Shown in pieces: positions 61,303 to 64,000 of a stretch of DNA of 64,000 nucleotides. Origin of the DNA: a virus. The notes under the pieces are model-generated. The model searched no databases and was not told where the DNA came from. It was given only the letters and a program-made list of their open reading frames with translations. How positions within the stretch are numbered: position 1 is the stretch's first letter; each line of letters starts with the position of its first letter. The stretch covers positions 32,001-96,000 of IMG/VR virus record IMGVR_UViG_3300036770_008166. One strand, 5' to 3'. The translations under genes and the position numbers were made by a program.

Positions 61303-61677
61303 TTATACGTAGGTAGCGCGTCGCTGCTGCAGGTCAAAAAAGATAGCCAATCGTTCAGCGTTGGTAGATGGTACCACGGTGATCTGCAGTTGCAACAAGA
61401 TGCCATTTTCCTGCGGGTAGGCCTGCACATTGCTGATGGAGATGCGAGGATCGCCGCCGGCCACACGTTGCACTTCGTTTTCTATGGCGGTCTGCAATTG
61501 CTCCACTTGGTTTTCAAACAGTAGATCCCACAGTATGGTACCATAACCTGGGCGACCCGGCAAGGTACCCTGGCGTATGTTGAAAGCATTCAGGAGATCG
61601 CGCTGGATCAATGCAAAATCAGTGAGCGTGAACTTTTTGAATCTACCAATGGTGCTGAAGCCGATGAACGTGGTCAT
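61303..61677 (-). CDS. baseplate wedge protein, T4 gp25-like
   Basis: GFST, LLN.F.IRQG..PG.P.YGT.LWDLLFE, DPRI; 124 aa. Confidence 0.9.
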   Translation of the reverse strand: MTTFIGFSTIGRFKKFTLTDFALIQRDLLNAFNIRQGTLPGRPGYGTILWDLLFENQVEQLQTAIENEVQRVAGGDPRISISNVQAYPQENGILLQLQITVVPSTNAERLAIFFDLQQRRATYV

Positions 61678-61681
61678 GCTG

Positions 61682-61687
61682 TATTTA
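61682..61687 (-). promoter_or_regulatory. putative late promoter core TAAATA
   Basis: Overlaps the upstream stop codon, 4 nt before the gp25-like ATG. Confidence 0.55.
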
Positions 61688-63256
61688 TTGGTTCACTGCT
61701 TCCACACCGCGGCGCTTCAAGCCATCGATGGCTCCTTCATAGGCCTTGATCAATCTGGCCACAAAAGTCCTGGCTTTTTCTATACGAGCAGCCAGCGATG
61801 TGTCTGGCGGCTCTAGATTTTCCGCGCGTCTGATCAGACCCTGCATGGTGGTGTCCAGCACTTCAAGATCGCCGATGAGATAGGATATAGCTACGATACC
61901 TTCAGCGATGAGATCAGGATCTTTGGTATTGATCAAGGGTTGAGATAAGGCCTTGAATTTGTCCGCGATGGCACCAAAAGTATCGGCTGCCTGATTGAAA
62001 GCTTCTTCGATTTCTGCGGATGAAACAGCAGGCACAGCATTGGAATAGCTGACTGCAGGAATCTTCTCGTCGCCTACCACGCGCGAACTGGCCGCATCCA
62101 CGGTCTGCCGATCAACCGTGTCTTGCACCGGCTCGCCAGGAGCAGTCTGTGTCATGGCATCGGACAGCTTGGTATCGGATAGATTCACCGCGAACGCTGC
62201 GTCGCGAGACACTGCGTCCAGTGCTCCTTTGACGCCGCTGGGCAGCGGCAGGCCTTGGGCCCATGACAGCGCATCAGCTGGCGATTTGGCCGCGTTCAGC
62301 AGGGCTCCGCTGAGACTGCTGGCGCTGAGAGAATCAACAGGTACACCAAACTCTTTCAGCGTAGACAGCCCCTTGCTCATGAGATCCTGCTGTATTAGGT
62401 CCTGCTTGGGTGCCGATGCCAACAAATCTGTCACACCAGACACACCATTTTTGCCGGTCCACACCGCCGGACTCTGCAGCACAGAAGTGACAGAATTAGC
62501 GGCCTGACCAAGATAAGCGGCTGCTGTGCCGGGCTTGACATAGCCGGCACGTTCCAGTTGCGTGGTATCTAGGCCATACTTGCCTAGGCCCTTGGTGTCT
62601 GACAACACAGCAGCACCTTGGCTGACCAGTTTGGCGGCCTGACCGGCAGCGGCTCTGACCTGGGTGGTGTCCAGATTGCCGATGTCTTTGACAGCAGGTA
62701 TCTGCTTGGCAAAGTCTGCGATGTTGATACCGTCGGTCACTGGCAGATTCTGTGTGAGATTTGACAGTCGCGCGCCCACAGAAGACAGTCCAGATCCCAG
62801 CTGATCTCCGATACCGGCGATGTTGGTACCAAATCCTGCACCAATGTCCGGCAATTGTAAGCCTTGTCCCAACTGTGCCAGAGCACCAGGCACTCCGTCG
62901 CGAGCCTGTGTGAGACTTGATATGGTGGCACCGGGCTTGAGGCCTACCAGGCTGCCGGCCTTTTGCTGTTGTTGAAAAATTTCAAAGGCCTGTTCGCGCG
63001 TGAGGCCAGGAGGTCCTTCCACAGTGAATTCTTGGCTGCTGCCAGCAGTGGACACATCGGCAGTTTCTTCTGGAGGCCTCGGAAATCCCAGCGTGGTAAG
63101 GCTGTCCAGACCTCGACGCACACGCTCGCTGTTCACACGGTCCCACACGATGGAATCATCTCCGGTGTAGGTCAGTTGATCGTCGGGTGTGTTAGAGTAA
63201 ACAGACCGATCTATCAAAGAACCAGTGCTGGCCAACGAAAAAGTGAACTTGCTCAT
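61685..63256 (-). CDS. hypothetical baseplate-region protein with possible lysozyme-like segment
   Basis: Lies between the gp5-like and gp25-like genes; GLGKYGL...QLE.AGY.KPG...W.GK.G...QD..Q segment. Confidence 0.5.
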   Translation of the reverse strand: MSKFTFSLASTGSLIDRSVYSNTPDDQLTYTGDDSIVWDRVNSERVRRGLDSLTTLGFPRPPEETADVSTAGSSQEFTVEGPPGLTREQAFEIFQQQQKAGSLVGLKPGATISSLTQARDGVPGALAQLGQGLQLPDIGAGFGTNIAGIGDQLGSGLSSVGARLSNLTQNLPVTDGINIADFAKQIPAVKDIGNLDTTQVRAAAGQAAKLVSQGAAVLSDTKGLGKYGLDTTQLERAGYVKPGTAAAYLGQAANSVTSVLQSPAVWTGKNGVSGVTDLLASAPKQDLIQQDLMSKGLSTLKEFGVPVDSLSASSLSGALLNAAKSPADALSWAQGLPLPSGVKGALDAVSRDAAFAVNLSDTKLSDAMTQTAPGEPVQDTVDRQTVDAASSRVVGDEKIPAVSYSNAVPAVSSAEIEEAFNQAADTFGAIADKFKALSQPLINTKDPDLIAEGIVAISYLIGDLEVLDTTMQGLIRRAENLEPPDTSLAARIEKARTFVARLIKAYEGAIDGLKRRGVEAVNQ

Positions 63257-63258
63257 GA

Positions 63259-63999
63259 TCAGTTGGCCCTGATCTGCACACCAGCCGGTATCACTGGTGC
63301 GCCTGGCGGAGATGATGTGGGGCCGGGTTCAAAGTTTACCTTGACATCCACGCCCTTGTTGTGATACGGATAAGGTTCGTGGGTAGGAGCACGACTAACG
63401 ATGCTCGTCAGCGCATCTTTTTGCACTTGCCAACCAGTGCTGGTGTTGAAAGTGGTATCGTCGCTGACTATTTTTTCTATGGGCTGCGGAGCAGCCACTG
63501 AGGCAGCAGCAGGACCATTGAGATCGATGCCACCTGCAGTGGCCACTAGACTGGAACCTGCGTTCCAAGAACCTGAAGAGCTCTGTATGGCCAAGCTGCC
63601 ATCGGCCTTGACACCTATGGTGTTTTTGCTGTAGATGGCCAAATTCTGTTGAGCCGTGACTGAAAAATCCACATCAGCTTCTATGGCGATGTTGTTGCTG
63701 GCCTTCATCTTGATGTCGCGTCCAGCAAACATGTTGATGTCACGGTCAGCGTGCAGATTGATGTCGCCCTGGGTACGGATGTTCACACTGTTGGTGCTGA
63801 ATATGTCTACTGTGCCTTCTGCGCCAAATTCTATCCAGACCTGGCCGTTGGCATGGATCATGTAGAAGAAGTTTTCGCTGTCGTTCATCATGATCTGATG
63901 GCCTTTGGCCGTGCGCAGGCGGAACAAGGCATTGCGGCCGTCAATGTCGCCGTCGTCCATGACCAGGCTATGGCCGCCCATGCGGCCTATAACCTTGAC
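63259..63999 (-). CDS. 3' part of a baseplate hub/spike protein (gp5/VgrG-like beta-helix), 5' end outside the window
   Basis: GHSLVMDDG, RLRT.KGHQI.M.D, 8-residue periodic repeats (INLHADRD INMFAGRD IKMKASNN), PTHEPY; frame open to the window edge. Confidence 0.75.
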   Translation of the reverse strand, partial: VKVIGRMGGHSLVMDDGDIDGRNALFRLRTAKGHQIMMNDSENFFYMIHANGQVWIEFGAEGTVDIFSTNSVNIRTQGDINLHADRDINMFAGRDIKMKASNNIAIEADVDFSVTAQQNLAIYSKNTIGVKADGSLAIQSSSGSWNAGSSLVATAGGIDLNGPAAASVAAPQPIEKIVSDDTTFNTSTGWQVQKDALTSIVSRAPTHEPYPYHNKGVDVKVNFEPGPTSSPPGAPVIPAGVQIRAN

Positions 64000-64000
64000 G

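Noticed and set aside
1-64000. Alternative genetic code, tRNAs, introns or inteins
   Set aside because: Genes tile densely under the standard code with TAA, TAG and TGA all used as stops; no cloverleaf, split core gene or intein motif was seen by eye.

Overview
This window is best read as part of a large, T4-superfamily-like (myovirus) phage genome. It is gene-dense, uses the standard code and shows no rRNA, tRNA, CRISPR array or mobile element that I could recognise. Left (1-10.8 kb): auxiliary and core genes, including a SAM methyltransferase, an MHS-family MFS transporter, a PP-loop protein, a MoxR-like AAA ATPase and its DUF2201/VWA metallopeptidase partner, an SGNH hydrolase and thyX. 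Middle (10.7-38.6 kb): a ~28 kb sugar-building and tailoring region. It holds two NDP-sugar epimerase/dehydratases, a DegT aminotransferase, an amidinotransferase, a NodU/TobZ carbamoyltransferase, a kinase-nucleotidyltransferase fusion and six radical SAM enzymes. It also holds six GT10-like paralogues (a seventh lies at 6-7 kb), three GT-A-type transferases and a 1010-aa repeat-built pseudo-glycosyltransferase. Right (38.6-64 kb): tail and baseplate genes, including a fibre with an autocleaving chaperone, a 5113-aa modular baseplate protein, and gp6-, gp25- and gp5-like proteins. The best candidate for an undescribed system is the radical-SAM/GT10 glycan assembly line abutting the tail module; its target (virion, host envelope, DNA or a small molecule) is unknown. 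Two promoter classes (TTGACC-N17/18-TATAAT and late TAAATA), often with leaderless geometry, and several nested or shared protein modules in the baseplate proteins are also visible. All family assignments come from motifs read by eye, with no database searches.
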